Assembly (NCBI GenBank): GCA_003344405.1
Contig: NOWV01000001.1
Span: forward strand, 1,426,001-1,490,000
Source of the DNA: Trichoplax sp. H2
Lineage: Eukaryota
DNA length: 64,000 bases
Direction: 5' to 3'
The notes below the pieces were generated by a model. The model saw only the letters and a program-made list of their open reading frames with translations. It searched no databases and was not told the origin of the DNA. The first letter of the stretch is position 1. Every line of letters starts with the position of its first letter. A program made the translations under genes and the position numbers. Below, piece after piece: positions 32,616 to 47,900 of this stretch.

Positions 32616-35449
32616 TATTTAAAATATATTCTATATCAAAAATTGAACAGTCATTATGAAAGTATCTATCAAGTGGCTCATTAAGTGCGATACTGCTCAG
32701 CTAAAGCAAGCAATGAAACTATATTCTCTATGCATGTGCAATAATCCAATTTCTATTTGTCAATGAGACTAGAGGTAAAACTAGGTATACCTGTAAAATT
32801 AAATCGTCCTTTTCGATTGAAAGTAAACATAAGTGAAATATGCTTTCCAGTATTTAAGGTTAGTACGGAGACTGAAGCTATTTCATAGGTATGTCAGCTT
32901 ATAACTGAACCATAAATGCTTCAACCTTTGATCAGGATAGACATACGGCAATGCTAGAAAAAAAGAAAAGAGATTGTTAATACATACCAATTAGTATATT
33001 AGTATTTCTTCTCATGAGTGACTGGCTTATGGGTTTTATAATCACAGACAACACAGCATTAGGATTGTAACAAAACTATAATAAATTGTAACTGCCTAAT
33101 TCAAAAAAATGCAATCAGACTATAGCTTTTATGCCTACGGGCATAGTAGAGCATCGTATTGCATATTGCATAACAAACGATGCATTTCGAGCTATATTAG
33201 TTACGTAGTTGTTTTACGCCTTTCTACTGATCTTTTCCATCACAATGTAGGTAAAAACAAAACCAACGTCTTTGATACTGTCCATGTTGTTATTAAAAGA
33301 TCTTTCAGTTCGCTCACTTTGTGAAAGGGTAGTCTTCATAACTAGTCCCCCCCCCCCATATTTCGAATTGACGATATGGAAAATATTGAACTTTACACGG
33401 GCGAAGTTGTCCGAGCGTCCGTACGACTGGTGTTGACTGCTTACTGACACATTACTCACTGTAACGTCTGTGCAGTCCAGGCCAATGCAGTATCTCCAGT
33501 ACTGTACTAACGGTGATCAGATTGTCGGTACAGCAGTTGTTATTCGTTAGTCGTCGTTATCAACGGTTTTCGGTAAATAATTTTTTCAATGTCGGAGAAC
33601 GGGCGGCTAATTTGCCTCGTTGACGACTTTATAACGCACTATACTCTGTTATTGGTTACAACAGGATACACACGTATTGACGCCAGCAGTTGAAATTTTT
33701 CATTTTTTTTACTGCCTAATTGATACTGTGTACTGTGTAGTAGAGTCAAGGAGCTCGAGATGCATCAGAATCAGGTGATTTCCAACAATCCATACTGCGC
33801 TTACAACCATCCTAATATATCATCAAAAGGATCTTCATTCTTGACCAACTCATTACAGCATGCATCTACAATAGGGTGATGATGACCATGAATTCAATTT
33901 GAATGTTATAAGGCTTGGCCACTTCAAATAGCTAAATTTGGAGTTGATCGGGAGAATCGTGGCTGTATTTCTATTTGTCATGTCTACATTCTCGTGTCAG
34001 TTACGTGTCACAGAGTGTCAGAATATTCAAGGAGACGATACACGCCAATATTGTATCATGTAAAGATATATCCAAAGATATCTTTACTCTCTCAATAACT
34101 ATAGAATCAGAAGTAGGAAGAGAGCAAAAAGAATTCACTTGCATCTAATGATTGCTAGAACCTCATGAGAATTTGAATTCCTTGGGTCATTGCAATACTT
34201 GGTATTGAAGTATATTTGATGGTAATAAAATGGAAGATATCTACGGATGATGCGTACTGTAAATTGAATTGATATGGTTGTGATAAACATGAACAACTGC
34301 TTGAACGCTTCTTCTACAGCAATACGTCCATTTTTCGTTGCAACGAAGCGATCCTCAAGGACAACTTTTCTTCTCGGCCACTCAAGTACAGCATTGTCGT
34401 TGATAAACAATAAAACATGCAAACAGGGTTGCCGACACGCAAAGTAGACCGTCGCAACATTTGTGTAGTAACTACATTCAAAAGAAGAGTTTCAATTTTG
34501 GAGAAGACATTTACTACTTGTAGAATGTAGAAATAGAAGCCTGTAGGCCGTCCATGCCCCCCTAAATCCAATAGCATGACTAACAACGTTAAAGCGTTTG
34601 GTCTCATTTTTCCTTGCAGTCATCGACTACTGTCGGTCCTATCATACAGATCCAGTAGGAGTAGAAGTACAATAGGATTACCGTGGTGTAAAGAGGGCTA
34701 GCGAAACGCTGGAGTCATTGGTACTAATACGTTGAATAATATATCCTCTCAGCGACACTACATAGGCCGACTGCGTCTCGCAGCAGTCCCTCCCCTACTT
34801 TTGCATATTCCTTCTAGTGTTTAAAGCATCGATGATTCGATACCGCTGCGCGAGACATTTCAATTTTTCAACCAATACGATAACTATAGCTTACCCCTTG
34901 ACGATAAATGGTAAAGTAGTGTTGAATTGTACTGGTGTTACCAAGACAAAAAATCAATGCAACCAGCAAACTGGATCAAAATTCAATCATGTAGTTGATG
35001 TTGACAGGGCGAAAGTGAACAGATTGCAGAAAAACTACTGTACAATCCTACGCGCTAGAAAAGATTGACTGTAGACTACAGAAAAAGCTATCACCCATGT
35101 TTTCAATTGGTGAAAGCATTCCAACTATAATTATAATCAATCAAGTGGTATCACTTACCCGCTTCCTATGTTAGTGACAAGAAGATTGAGTTGGTCAATT
35201 TCAACACCAATATTGTTCCCAATTTGGACGTACAATAGAGTAGGTTCCAACTATTGACTACCGTGATTAATAATAAGTGGCCGTCTTTACCGAGAATATC
35301 GCATCTGGCAAGTCGTAAATACGGTAATGGAACGGACTTTTATTATTCGTATTAGCACCTTGATGATTGGAGACTTTCGACTTGGTCATGCCCGATCGGT
35401 GACGTACTCGTTGCAGTCCGTCCCGTCGCCCGACCGTATGTACACAATA

Positions 35450-36030
35450 GAGCGCTTGGAGGTGTTAGTGTAGTCTACACTCTACAGTACGTACACCGAC
35501 CAGAAAAAATACTACAGTCTGACTCATCCTGTACAGTACTGTACTGTAGCACAGCAAAGCACTGTACACTGTAAAATCTGCTTTATCCTTTTAGCGCACG
35601 AAAGAAGCCCTTCTTCTTCTACTCTTGAATATGGAAATATACAACAAGAAATACAAATTAGCTGCAGTACTTTGTGGTATCGTACTCTTGCATCTAGCTA
35701 TCTTCATCACCACAGTACTGTACTATTTTCTTGCAGTCATCATGCCCTACTCCTAGCACTGTATTGCCGTGTGTAGGGAACTGGAGACCAGTGCTCTATA
35801 CAATCCTATTGTTGATTGTTTAATCGGCGGCCCCTACAGTACCGAAAATGAATACTGTACAATGTACTGTACATCCAGTGTACAAAATACTGTACAGCAC
35901 GAGAAAGTCCCATACAAAACGCTCACAGTACAGTACACAGTACTGTATATATATTATTGTATTGACTACGTACTGTACAGTACATGTGTTCCACAGTATG
36001 CAACTGTGCGCAGTAGCAAAAATACTCCAA
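35450..36030. repeat. GTAC/CAGTA-rich low-complexity palindromic tract
   Basis: Dense tacagtactgtactgta, gtacagtac and actgtacac motifs. Confidence 0.75.
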
Positions 36031-36514
36031 CAACGTGACAGAGAGTCAGAGACCAAAGCGATTATATAATATATAATATATAAATAGTATTGATTTATTA
36101 TTACTATTATACCGTCTTGACGATGGTCCCTTTTTTTAGTAGAAAAGGTATCAACATGCAGAAAGAAACCTTTCTGTATTATTTGCAGACGGGATACTCG
36201 TCTTGATTAGATGCATCTACCAATGAGTTAAATAAATTTACCACCATGCTATACTTATACGAGTATATCTTTACCATTCGCAACGGGTTCATTAATGAAC
36301 AACTTACCAACTTAATCTACCGTCTATACTGGAAGTCAATCAAACACCAACTCACTACATTATACACAGTAAACAGTAATTAATTTACGGCTACAAATTA
36401 TTCCATCAGTCATTGCAATACATCGAGGTCAATGATACGCTTAGCCATGATAAAAATAAGACATTTTTGAACATAATTTAAAACTAATTTATTTAATAGT
36501 CGCTAAAATTGCGT

Positions 36515-38720
36515 TCATGGTTGGCTAAAAAGTGTCCAGGATATAATCGTTATAGAGTAAATACCAAATCCGAATAGGCCGATTGAAAACCAACCAAAAG
36601 ACGACAGCAGATAACTTCCAATCAAAGGAGCTATAGCATTTACAAATGCATCTGTGCTATAACTCAGACCCAGCATAGCCCCATTATCAGCAGCAGGTAC
36701 AGATTTTGTTAGAGTGCTACTAAAGATGACGTTGGCTATGCTAGATACAATGACTTGAGGAACGATTACCAAACATAATCCAATAATACTGCTTACGAAG
36801 TATGACTAAGATAATAAAAAAAAATGAAGACATTTTACAAAATTAAAATTCGTCTAAAACGGTTAAAATCCTATCAATCATAGGTATTCTATATTGTCAA
36901 TCAACTACTGTTTATCCCAGTTATTGGTAAAATGTTTAAGCCAATCGGTCAACTACATCTTGCCGATACAATCAATCTGAGTTTATAATTAATTATCCCA
37001 TTTATAGGCTATAGTTACACAAAAGTAGGTCTTACCATTGACAAATAAACTATGGATTGTACAACAACACAGCCAAATAGTATTTTCTTATCGTCGTATC
37101 GTTTGGTTAGCATTTCAATTAAAAAGCCTTGAACTAGCTGTAAAGCAACCAGAATTAAATTCATTTTCAAGAATTTCTGACTATAAAAGTGATTCTTTCA
37201 GCGTTGAGCTGTATTCAACTATATATAAAAGATTATAAAATTGATTTCATTGGCCTTACCATGCCTAAAAGTCCGGTAAAAGAGAGAATTAATCCGTTCT
37301 GTTCTGGATTTAATCCAAACTCATCTATAGCCACCAGGGAGAATAGCGAATTGAAAATGCCAAGCGGAAAGCCGAACGCAAGTTTAATTATCATTAAGAA
37401 GCCAATTCCTGGGAGCTTTAGAAGCTCAATAAGTTTCGAAATGTTCAATAAACTATCTTTGCTCTCGCTCTCTACTGAAAATGATAGTTTAGACGGAATA
37501 ATTTCATATTAATAGTAACCGAATTTGAGATGCGGCAAAAAGGGCAAAAATTTAGCGTCATTTGTCAGCATAAGTACAGTAGAATTATAAATACCGGATG
37601 TCTCCGGTGCTGAAGTTGCTAGTGTCTTAGTTTTTTCAGGTATCACAAGGAAGATCGAAACTACGCTTACTACTGAAAGAAAGCAAGCAACGAAAGCGGC
37701 AGACTGTTCATTAAAGCGCCTCGTGATCACTCCGCCAACCATTGGACCTAGTATCATTCCTAAGCCATAGGACAAACCTAATTTACCGAGAGCTCCAGCA
37801 CGTTCTAGTTGAAAAACGTTACGTACAATACATTTTAGTGACCTAATCGGGGAATACAGACTATAAAATAAGATAGTAAAAAAGTGTAATGGAAATAAAC
37901 AGACTAATCCTCCTTTACATTTACGCTATAATTAAGTGATAGAAAATACCCATACTACAAATGTTTCAATAAAAAACTGTCATCAATGTCATGATTGTGT
38001 ACTAAGAGTTTACCATCGCCGCTGGAGCAATCCGATATAACCATCTGAGCTCCTATAAAAACAATTTTTTGTCATTGCATAGGTTAGTACAATTAAGGCC
38101 AATCAATTATATTATTAATATCCTATCCTCAAACGAATTACTAATTACATTGACACTTGTTAAATTAATCGAAAGATATAGTAAAGTGTTGCATTAGTTA
38201 TAAGCAATCCTGTCAACTCGAAGTTTCTAACCATGCATAGCATGCAAAAAGATAGATGGTAATCTGGAAAGAAATAATAGCGGGATTGAATACGCAAGAC
38301 CAAGCAAGCCGTAAGTAAAAGCAGCTCCGATAAAAGCGATCATCAGAGCAGCTCTAGTACCAACTAAATCGCCATAACGACCATAGATTGGCCCTCCAAT
38401 CAGTTGAATGACCGAAAATGTGGTCTGAAGGTACCCAAAGGTGACAAGATTAACCTGTAATTTCTTAGATAGAAACTGTAAAAAGATATTGCGTTAAAAT
38501 GATCAGTTACGACGCTACCATAATTATTTGAAGGCCTAGTTTAGGTGAAACTTTTTTCATTTCTTCTATTCTACGCCCGTTCATATAAAAGACTGTACAG
38601 TATAAGAATTACCGGTAATACTCCTGTCTGTATCCAATAGGCAGTCGAATACAAAAATATATTAAAATGGATAGTATATATTATATATTTGATAGCCGCT
38701 TTGCGTTTCTTGGGATCCAT
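36515..38720 (-). CDS. SLC22A18: Major facilitator superfamily transporter, SLC22A18-like
   Basis: ATG at 38720 (MDPKKRK...WIQTGVLP). Exons give FLSKKL...FGYLQTTFSVIQLIGGPIYGRYGDLVGTRAAL, LFLSRLPSIFLHAM, AQMVISD, RAGALGKLGLSYGLGMILGPMVGG, DEFGLNPEQNG and STLTKSVPAADNGAMLGL...IAPLIG. Stop at 36515. Confidence 0.88.
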
Positions 38721-39232
38721 GTGCGCTGTCTAATGATCTTTGAAGCAATTTTGCTCTTGAAGTATAGCCTATTATTTATTAATGAATGTTAATTAGATAT
38801 AATCTGCCAATAGCAATTTCATTTCTTTTTAATACCTAAATTAAGTCAATTGAGCAACATTGGTATGGCGATTCACCCTATGACACGTAGCGAGTTATGC
38901 CATGTTTATGTTGTAATTTCATATCATAAAATGACGAGTATAGTCATATGATGAAATTTTAAAGCAACGACAAAGGTTAATGCTTTCAATTCATTTTGTA
39001 TCAACTGTAAATAGGTATTCTATAAAATTTTTGTATATTTTTCTATATACATGTACTAGTATAAATGCAGGTTGCTACTGCTGTACAGTATGTGTACAAT
39101 TGATGACTGGATTTATGGTGTTTAGAAAGGCACAACATTTTTTTTTATGGAACAGTAAGTACACTGTATATATGTACTGTATACTATAGTAGCAATCTGT
39201 ACATACTAATCAAAAGTGTACATCATACGAGA

Positions 39233-39498
39233 TGATGAATTGCTTTCAACGCACTTTCGATAATGCGATCCTCGATTGCACAATGCATATTGGTTAAATG
39301 ATAGTAGTTTTAGAGGTAATTTCTACGAAACGATACTGTAGCCCATACTGCATGTTGTTCAATCGATGAATTGCTTTCAACGCACTTTAGATAATACGAT
39401 GCTCGATTGTACAATGCACATTGGTGAAATGAAAGTAGTAGTTTTAAAGGTAATTTCTACGAAACGATACTGTAGGCCATACTGCATGTTGTTCAATC
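39233..39498. repeat. Direct tandem duplication of a ~133-bp unit
   Basis: 'gatgaattgctttcaacgcactt...catactgcatgttgttcaatc' occurs twice with a few substitutions. Confidence 0.88.
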
Positions 39499-40199
39499 AT
39501 TCATTTATTAGTTATTACTGGTATGCGATGAATACAGTACTCGTCTAGTCGTATTCATAAATTAAAGGAAATTAACAACCAACTACGGATCTGTCTCTTA
39601 AATAATCGTAACAAGATGTAAGCGTATAGAATTATTATTCATTAACTACCGCCTACCGGTACGCGAATAGTTATCGGACGCTTACGGCAAGTAAGGTATA
39701 CAGTATAATATTGCATTACAAATAAATCATAATAAAGGACAGTCTCTACTTTTATTCTACTCTACTGTACCACTACTACTGTATTTGGCAAAGCAAAGAC
39801 CTGGTCATTTTGACCAGTCAATAATTATTTACATGCTGTCGAATCATTTCAACAAAAATTCGATTCATATACATTGTATAGTATGGTAGCAAAGAGATGC
39901 TAAAAAGAGACTCGTGGCTCCAATTTCAACTGTTTTTTTACCTTGTAACAATAGTAACAATTTACTGTATACGAGTATAATAATTGTTACCTTAGCAAGT
40001 CTACTTCCTGAGGCGCAAAGTAGGATTATTTAATATTGAATTTGGGGCAAATGCTGTAGGCCAAGCCAGATCCAATGACGTTCATTAACTTAATCAACAA
40101 AATGTTTACACGTTAATGTGAGAGAATTTTGCTAGTTGTTGATTGATTGAATATGGTTTCGCTGTTATTGCACATCGACTGGAAAGCGATTTCTTACGT

Positions 40200-40790
40200 C
40201 TCAAACATCCTGATCCAGTACTACAGTACAGCAGTATTATATTTACGTACTGTACTTTACTGCACAGTAGTCTACTATACAGACCGGCACGCCTATACTG
40301 TAGATTTAAATTAAAAAGAGAAAGATAAACGTCTATGGTCACACCTGTGCCGAGTATACACTGTACACTGTACGGAATATACTGTACGTACAATGTACTG
40401 TAATGAACGGTCCGGGTCCGGTTCGGTACCGTACACTGTACTGTACAGTACTGTTACTGGGACTAACTGGAACTAGAAGGAGACCAGGACTGTTTCCTCC
40501 CTGGGACAGACGACAGACATACTGTACACTAGTGTACAGTACTGTACTGTACAGTACTGTAGTCTAGGACTTATTGGGACTTGACGGAGACCAGGACTGG
40601 TTCCTTCCTCGGACAGACGACAGACATACTGTAATGTTACAGTAGTACTGTAGTCTAGGACTTACTCGGACTTGACGGAGACCAGGACTGGTTCCTTCCT
40701 CGGACAGACGACAGACATAATGTTAATGGACAGACATACTGTAATGAGTTGACGGAGACTAGGACTGGTTCCCCCTTCGGACAGACGGAC
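40200..40790. repeat. GTAC-rich tract plus 4 copies of a 'ggagaccaggactggttccttcctcggacagacg' unit in the divergent SLC22A18/MIC26-27 intergenic region
   Basis: Unit copies at about 40478, 40585, 40676 and 40754, interspersed with tacagtactgta runs. Confidence 0.85.
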
Positions 40791-41289
40791 TCCCCCTATT
40801 GAATGAGGCCGTCAACATTGAAAATACTCACCAGTATGGGATGGATCTTCCGTGTCTGTTTTCTAAATCATGGATACTAATTGAAGGAACATCGATAATC
40901 TTATGTAACTATTTTCAAGCAGAACTTACGGATCAAAGTTGATCCGAGCTTAGTAGTGAATAAGATTCAACGTCATATTACTTCATTAAAAAAAAAATAG
41001 TCAATTCAAAATGGAACTCCTGCATACGAAAGTACTGCCACAACGAAGTGTTTGGTACAATATTTGGACCAGAAGAGGCCGGCGATGTCTGTCCGTCCGA
41101 GAGTGACCAAGTCTTCTTCGAGCAGTCGGAGTCGACAGTGAAGTTCAACACTGCAGTTAGGTACGATACGTTTACAGTACTACGCTTTCGATACAGTACG
41201 ACTACCATAGACCGCTGGCTGCTACAGACTATAGAGGCTCAAGCAAACACCATCAGTACTGAATCGCTTGTGGAAGGGAATGACCCAAA

Positions 41290-43846
41290 ATGGCGTCACT
41301 ACCGATCATGGTAAGAGTTGAGAAAGTTGATCATTGTTGCTACTATTTTTTACAAGCCAACGGCGATATTTAGCTTTATTCTGTAGCGTAATAATTAGCA
41401 TAAGGTAGTTCTACGTTAAGGCTTGATATTAAAATACTATAGTGTATGAGTATTCGGACAGTATGGTAAGGTAATAATGGCTTATTTTTGTATACAAAAT
41501 TGCATATCAAGGCAACACAAGCATGATGGTGTAGATGATATCACGTAGGGCTTACTGGATTGAGATATAGCGAAAGCCAATCAATTAAATTAACCTTGAA
41601 ATCTGCTCTTATGTTCAATTGCACTGAAAAATTCATCTATTTCAATTTTATGGTAAAGGCTGGACGATTCATTGCTATCACTCTGCCTGCTGGTTCTATA
41701 TTGCTAGCAAACACGTCAATGGCTGACTCTGGAAATGATACTATTGATCCATCTGAGGTATCGTCAATTTCTTCATCAAGTGCTGCTTTCTCGGCAGTTG
41801 TAATCGCCATTTACTATGTACATACATGTATGGTCATTGTTGCAGTAGATGAGATTTCTGTGCATGCAGTTGGCCAAATCTGCTTTGCATGCGTTGTACC
41901 ATCCCCCATTGTTAGTGTACACGATAACATTACTGACTGGTAACCTTTTTTTCCGACAGCAATATCGGACTAATTTTAGAATGGCATGCATATGCATTCG
42001 TATATATCTTACAGTTAGCGTATCGACAAGAAAACAAGCTGAACAAAGGCTATATCAAGGCATACTGATGAATTAACAAGTTCAAAAATATACGTAATAC
42101 GTATGCTATATAGTAGATTGAGTGCAATAGCATATTCGTGGTCAAGAAAATACCATATCCATCATTGTAAACTATTACAGACATGATAGTATGCCAACTT
42201 CTACAATAGCGTAGTGATTAATCCTATTGCAATAGTAAATGATTTGTTATATGTATTTTATCCGATGCTGTTGACATTGATATCGATGCTCATTGCGTAT
42301 ACTGTACAGTACGTCGTACGGGTACAGCAAACACCCTGCTAAGACGTGATTCCATCGTACTAGTGCAGCAACAACTGAGATAAACTTACTACATACAACA
42401 ACCAATGAACGAATTCTAAAATATTGACTGGTGCTTTTTTTCTAGTTTCCTGTCCTGATTTATTTAAATTAATGATAATATTATTAATGGTAAATTGATT
42501 GCGTCATTCTACTATCCTAGTTACCAATCTATGATGTGGAAGAAGCATCCGTCAAATACCCTAAGCGAACGAAATCAACATTAGAAACTTACGTATCGAC
42601 TACAAGAAAATCTGTTTATGATATTACTAGGCAATTGATAGTAAGCATTTCTTCTAAATTCCTAATTAGAACTGAATACAATTCAAATAGGCAAGCTATA
42701 GTTACACAACGTACAGTATATAGACTAAATATATGAGCGCGATGGATTCATTAACTAATTTATGCAAGGATATAATGATGTGTTTCATACTTTTTTGTTA
42801 TTAAGGACATAACGCATGGAGTTAGGAATTCTGTCACTAGTGCTAAGGAAAGAATTACTTGTAAGTATTTTATGAGGTGTTGTTTCAATAACGATTCCGC
42901 AGATATAAATTAACTGATTGCTACAGATAATAAGTAGACTTAATATCTGACTGATGTTTTGCTATCTCTAGCTACGACACAAGATATCATTAACAAAGAA
43001 GGCCTTCTGCCTCGGGTAGGACTGATTGGATTTGCAGGATTAACAGGATTTGTCATAGCTGGTCGAAGTAGGTTACATTTTAAGATTTCCATTTTATACC
43101 CTTCATTTATGTAATAAGGACAATGAGAATAATCGCTATATATTTCAATGATGCAGGGAAAGGAATTTTTAGGCGCTTTTTCTATCCAGTTGGCTTTTTA
43201 ACCGTTTCGTCTATGCTCTGTTACCCAGTTGAAACTGTCAATATTAGTAGAAGTACCTGGAGATATGCAAAGCATTGGTATAGCGGTGATCCTATAGATG
43301 AAGTTCAGGTTAATACGCGTTAAGAATTATGAAAATACCAAGCTGTAATATCTGTTAAATTTAAAAATTCTTTCCGCTTTAAAGGAAAAAAATGGTGACA
43401 GCCTACTATCAATTGCTAATTCGATAAAAACAACCGTTAATAAGGGTCTCACTACATTGTCATCTTCGCTTAACTCTAATGATAATAAGACTGCAAGCAA
43501 TTCAGAAAATGAAGAATTGGAGGATACTGCCCCTGCGGTCAAAGATAGCACTGATAATATCGTTAATGAAACTTCGGAAACTACTGAAAGCTTAGAATTA
43601 AGTAAGGATAATTTACACCAAGATAATGAAGAAAATCTGGAAGTTTCACAAACGATTGATGATAGCAACAAAGAATCAGAACTTGAACCTGAACCACCTG
43701 TTGACAAGAAAGAAACGGAGCCTAAAGTTACAGGTGATTACGGGCAGTCAAGCCCAGAGGATGACAAGAAAGAAATGAAGCCTAAAATTATAGGAGATTA
43801 CGGGCAGTCGAGCCCAGAGGATTCTGACATGTATACCACTCGCTAA
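41290..43846 (+). CDS. APOOL: MICOS subunit MIC26/MIC27 (apolipoprotein O family)
   Basis: Exons read MASLPIM | AGRFIAITLP...IDPSE | LPIYDVEE...STLETYVSTTRK | DITHG... | ...LLPRVGLIGFAGLTGFVIAGR | RKGIFRRFFYPVGFLTVSSMLCYP | ...DYGQSSPEDSDMYTTR*. P.ELPIY, G..G.V.A.R, YP...SLCYP and the terminal D.GQS.PED.DMY.TR are family hallmarks. Confidence 0.9.
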
Positions 43847-44953
43847 CAAAATGCCAGCGTTTTAGTTATCGTATTTAATTAATTAAAGCAGATTTCAATC
43901 TATTCCTTCATGCTCTGCGCAAATGAATATGTAACTGTGTCAATGCATTAAGGTGCATTAGACTTTTTCAAACTTATCAAATTTTAAGTGGTAATAACAT
44001 ATTTGCAACTGCGCTGAAAAGCTTATCACACTTTTTTATTACATCTGGTTTAATAGTGATAGAATAAAATAAAAATATGTATTATTCAAAACCGAAACAG
44101 AAAAATCTAAAGAAGCATGGGTATATTTATAAGTCAGTAATCGCATGATTTATGACCGAAGTGCCATGTGCCATATAGAATTATCGATTTTCAGATAAAT
44201 ACGAGTATGTTCTGAGTAGTTTTAAACTTTTAGTGAGTACGATAGAAAAGTAATTTTGACATGATAATACTGCATACAATATTCGTGGTCTTGCTTGTTG
44301 AAGTCGACAGGGGAAGAATCATTTCTAGTAACTAAACGTGTTAATATTCTGCAGGCGTAATACGCGCTCAGTACTGCAACTAGCAAAATACAACTAACCA
44401 ATTAACCATCATAGTTTACACACAACTAGCAAGACTTCTGACAAGCCCGCATAGAAATGAATTATGCTGTAAAGGGTTATTATTTATCACCTTTATACCT
44501 ATAAAAACGAGCGATAGACGCAGAAAGTTACTCATAGGGTGTTTTATTTCACAGCCGTACAATTGTGTCGCAATCAGCAAGCTACCTTCATTCCATTTGC
44601 AATTATGATTCTGCACAACAGCGTTGTGAATAAGAATACTGCAGTTACTTGACGATTTTTGATACAACTTACATTGAGAGCAACTGTAAGAAAATAATCG
44701 GTATTCAGAAATAAATTTAATGACGAGGAAAGATAGAACAATTACGGAATGGAAGTGCTCTTTCTCAGTAATATTATTTGTTATAGTATTCGAAATTTTC
44801 AACACCTGCCTGAGCATTACATGCTCACATATTACGTAAAGACAGGTTACAACATTATTATTGATGTTATTGAATGCACAATTAAGTCTTCGCGTTGCAT
44901 AGTGTACATTGATATATTACATGATTAAATCGACGTATGATTTATTTATGGAG

Positions 44954-47900
44954 TCAATCACACGCTGGTTCAGGTTCATCCTGAAGTTCTTCCTTTAATA
45001 CATTTACATGAACTTGATTATCAAATAAATCCTCTGCGATTGGTAATTCGCAAAAGTGATTATGTGATTCTTGACGGAATATCTCTATATACAACTTTCC
45101 ATTATTAAGTATCACAAATAACAGTTGAGAATATGCATCTCTACAGGCCCTTTGATAAGCAAGCTTGGTCGACTTCGCTCTACTATTGACAATATTGGAC
45201 AAGTTACCTAATAAGCAATAATCATGTTAGTAAAGTAGCTTCGTTAAGTTTCAGTTGTAGTAAGAAGACATTAATGCGTCTTTAATGTCAAGTAGGTCTG
45301 TACTGTAATATACCTTTAAGTGCTGGTTGCAGTATACACAACGAATAATTATCTGAAGTAAAATAAAGCCAGAGTACGCACTATAATATCTAAGTTATAT
45401 GCAAAACTGAATCAGATTTACAATTACAATCAATAAGGATGGATTTTTTATAGGACTTTGTAGCTTGTTAGTATACTTAAACTGCCTATAGCCCTGACAA
45501 TCAACAATCATGAGTTAACAATGACAACGGCGATACATTGGATAAATTACAGTACTATTTTTGGATATTGAAGTTGTGGTGATGCATCATTAAAATACCT
45601 GGATCGTTGGTATTAGGAACTATTTCCGCTAATCCGTCACCGATGGCATAAATATCCGAATACCTTGGGAAAGCCATTCTTATGCGACACTGCATACAGC
45701 GAATTTGTTTGCTAGGCTTTTCGTCGGGCTTATTTAGATTATCAATTTTCAACTGTTGCAGAGATTTTTGATCTTGTAAAGAATCCTCCGTTTGATCTAC
45801 TTCTCTCAGCTATAAAACGCATACAGTATTGTATAAAATAAGAGTCTTTAATTAATAAAACATTGTCAATAGACGGGAAAATACTTTAATTTGAATTTGT
45901 AAATATTGATTGTCATATCTTTGGGTATCAGGAACTAATAATAACTCGTTCATATATTGCGCAGAATAATTTCATTCTATTTACTACTATTACTGCATGG
46001 TAATATTGATGAACGTAGTATACAACCTACCGAAACTATATTTACCGACCAGCCATTGAAACCAAGGTAAAAGTTAGCTAAATCGTAACATTTCCAAAGA
46101 GGCAAAATCATTTTAAAGGCTTGTTTATTTTTCGGATTAGCAAAGTTGACCTACGAGGTGTAAACAATTGGAACACTATTTTATTCAACCATTTATTTAT
46201 ACATCTATAATAAACGTTTATTGTCAGTTCATTTCTAATTGTAAGTACTATTCTCCGTTAGTGCTATTACAAGGCGTATTATACGTACTTTATAATAAGG
46301 TAAAAAAGTAGTCTCGCTTTGCTATATAATGCATCGTTATAATATACGCGTATTAAAGTATGAATAATTCTATGTCAGTGATGGTTAAGATAGACCAAGA
46401 GTTGGATAGCATTTCCAATTGTTATCAAGTGGTTATGCAACTAAAATATATATTAGACTTTTCTACGTCTACCTTTAAATTTCTAGTCGTATTTTTATAC
46501 TATGCGCATGCTAAATGAGTCCTATTTCATTGCAATTATTATACAATGAATCGAACAAGCTATCCTCTCAGAAAAGTCAGTAATTTTCTAGTATTAATTA
46601 ACATCAAGTCCAGTACATATCGACAGATAGATAGCGCATATTGTATATTTTGCAAAAGTTATTATTCACTTTCGCTGAGCAAAAAGGGTATAACGCAACT
46701 ACATTAAGCATAAACTATGCTATTATCAGCATGCTGCTATAAATACTGGTGTACCTTCATTGCTCGGAAACCTATAAACCATCTGCCATTGAGTTCCTTT
46801 TGTGCTTGAATGGCAGCCACTTTGGAATAATACTGAACAAAAGCATACTGGGCAGAAGCAAACCCTTCATCTGCATCATGGAAAATGAACTACGAATTAA
46901 TTGGCATCAAGATTTCATTGAAATTAGCATCTATTACCGTAATAGTAAGATTGTAAGTTACACCGAGTACAATGAGATCTTTAATTTTATTAAGCGTACA
47001 GTTATGTTCCGTTTTAAGTACAAGACGTATCCGACTTGAGACTGACTTATGGCTCATGATTGAATTTATAGTGAAGTCATACGACATCACATTCTTCCTC
47101 TTCATGTCCTTAATTCTAAGTTGTGAGTGTTGCTACTGAATAACATATATACCTTTAGATGGTTCGTTTTCGAAACATTTTATACCACAGATCAATCCAA
47201 AGGCGGAGCATATACTTTCTAGTCTTTCCTGAATGATTTAATAGCATTGAGTATCTTGAAAATTTTAAAATTTTAATCCGTATGACCGATCCATTACCCG
47301 TATATCAATATGTTTATTTACAAAGTTATGACTACGAATTGATGTCAGCGTAGGTTTTATTTTTAGCACGCATTAGTAGTGCGCTCATCGTATATTGATG
47401 ATCTATAATATAATCCTACCTAATAATAAAGGGATGTTCGCTTTGACCGTTACGTAGCGGAAGTATCTATATATACTGTACAGTAGTAAGAAACAATCTG
47501 GCTATGACTTTCCTTTCAAACTCTTGCTTTGTATAGAATATTTACCCGTTCAAAATTTGAAGGGAAACTTTACTAGTACAGTATATAGAATAAGTGTGGT
47601 GATGACTCAATGTAAACATGTACAATTAATCAAATCTATCCACCGTAATTAAAAATGGGAGAGAAGTAGAGCCAGTAGATAACGTAGCTTGTGAATGGCT
47701 GGGGTAGAAATTATTTTTACAGCAGAGATGCTGTTCATAGACACTCTGATGAGCATTTTACAGAGCATATCATGCTCCAGTAATGGTGACTATTTTTCAC
47801 TTGGAAATGCAAGCGCTATACGAGTACGAAAAAGGACGTAGCATCCTACAGTACAGTGCTGCCCATCGTTGCAGTATGCCACCGGTAGGTTAGCGTAGAG

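Noticed and set aside
34135-35068. ORFs of 83-97 aa upstream of IRS
   Set aside because: No recognisable homology or consistent exon chain. A small unknown gene or lncRNA cannot be excluded without RNA data.
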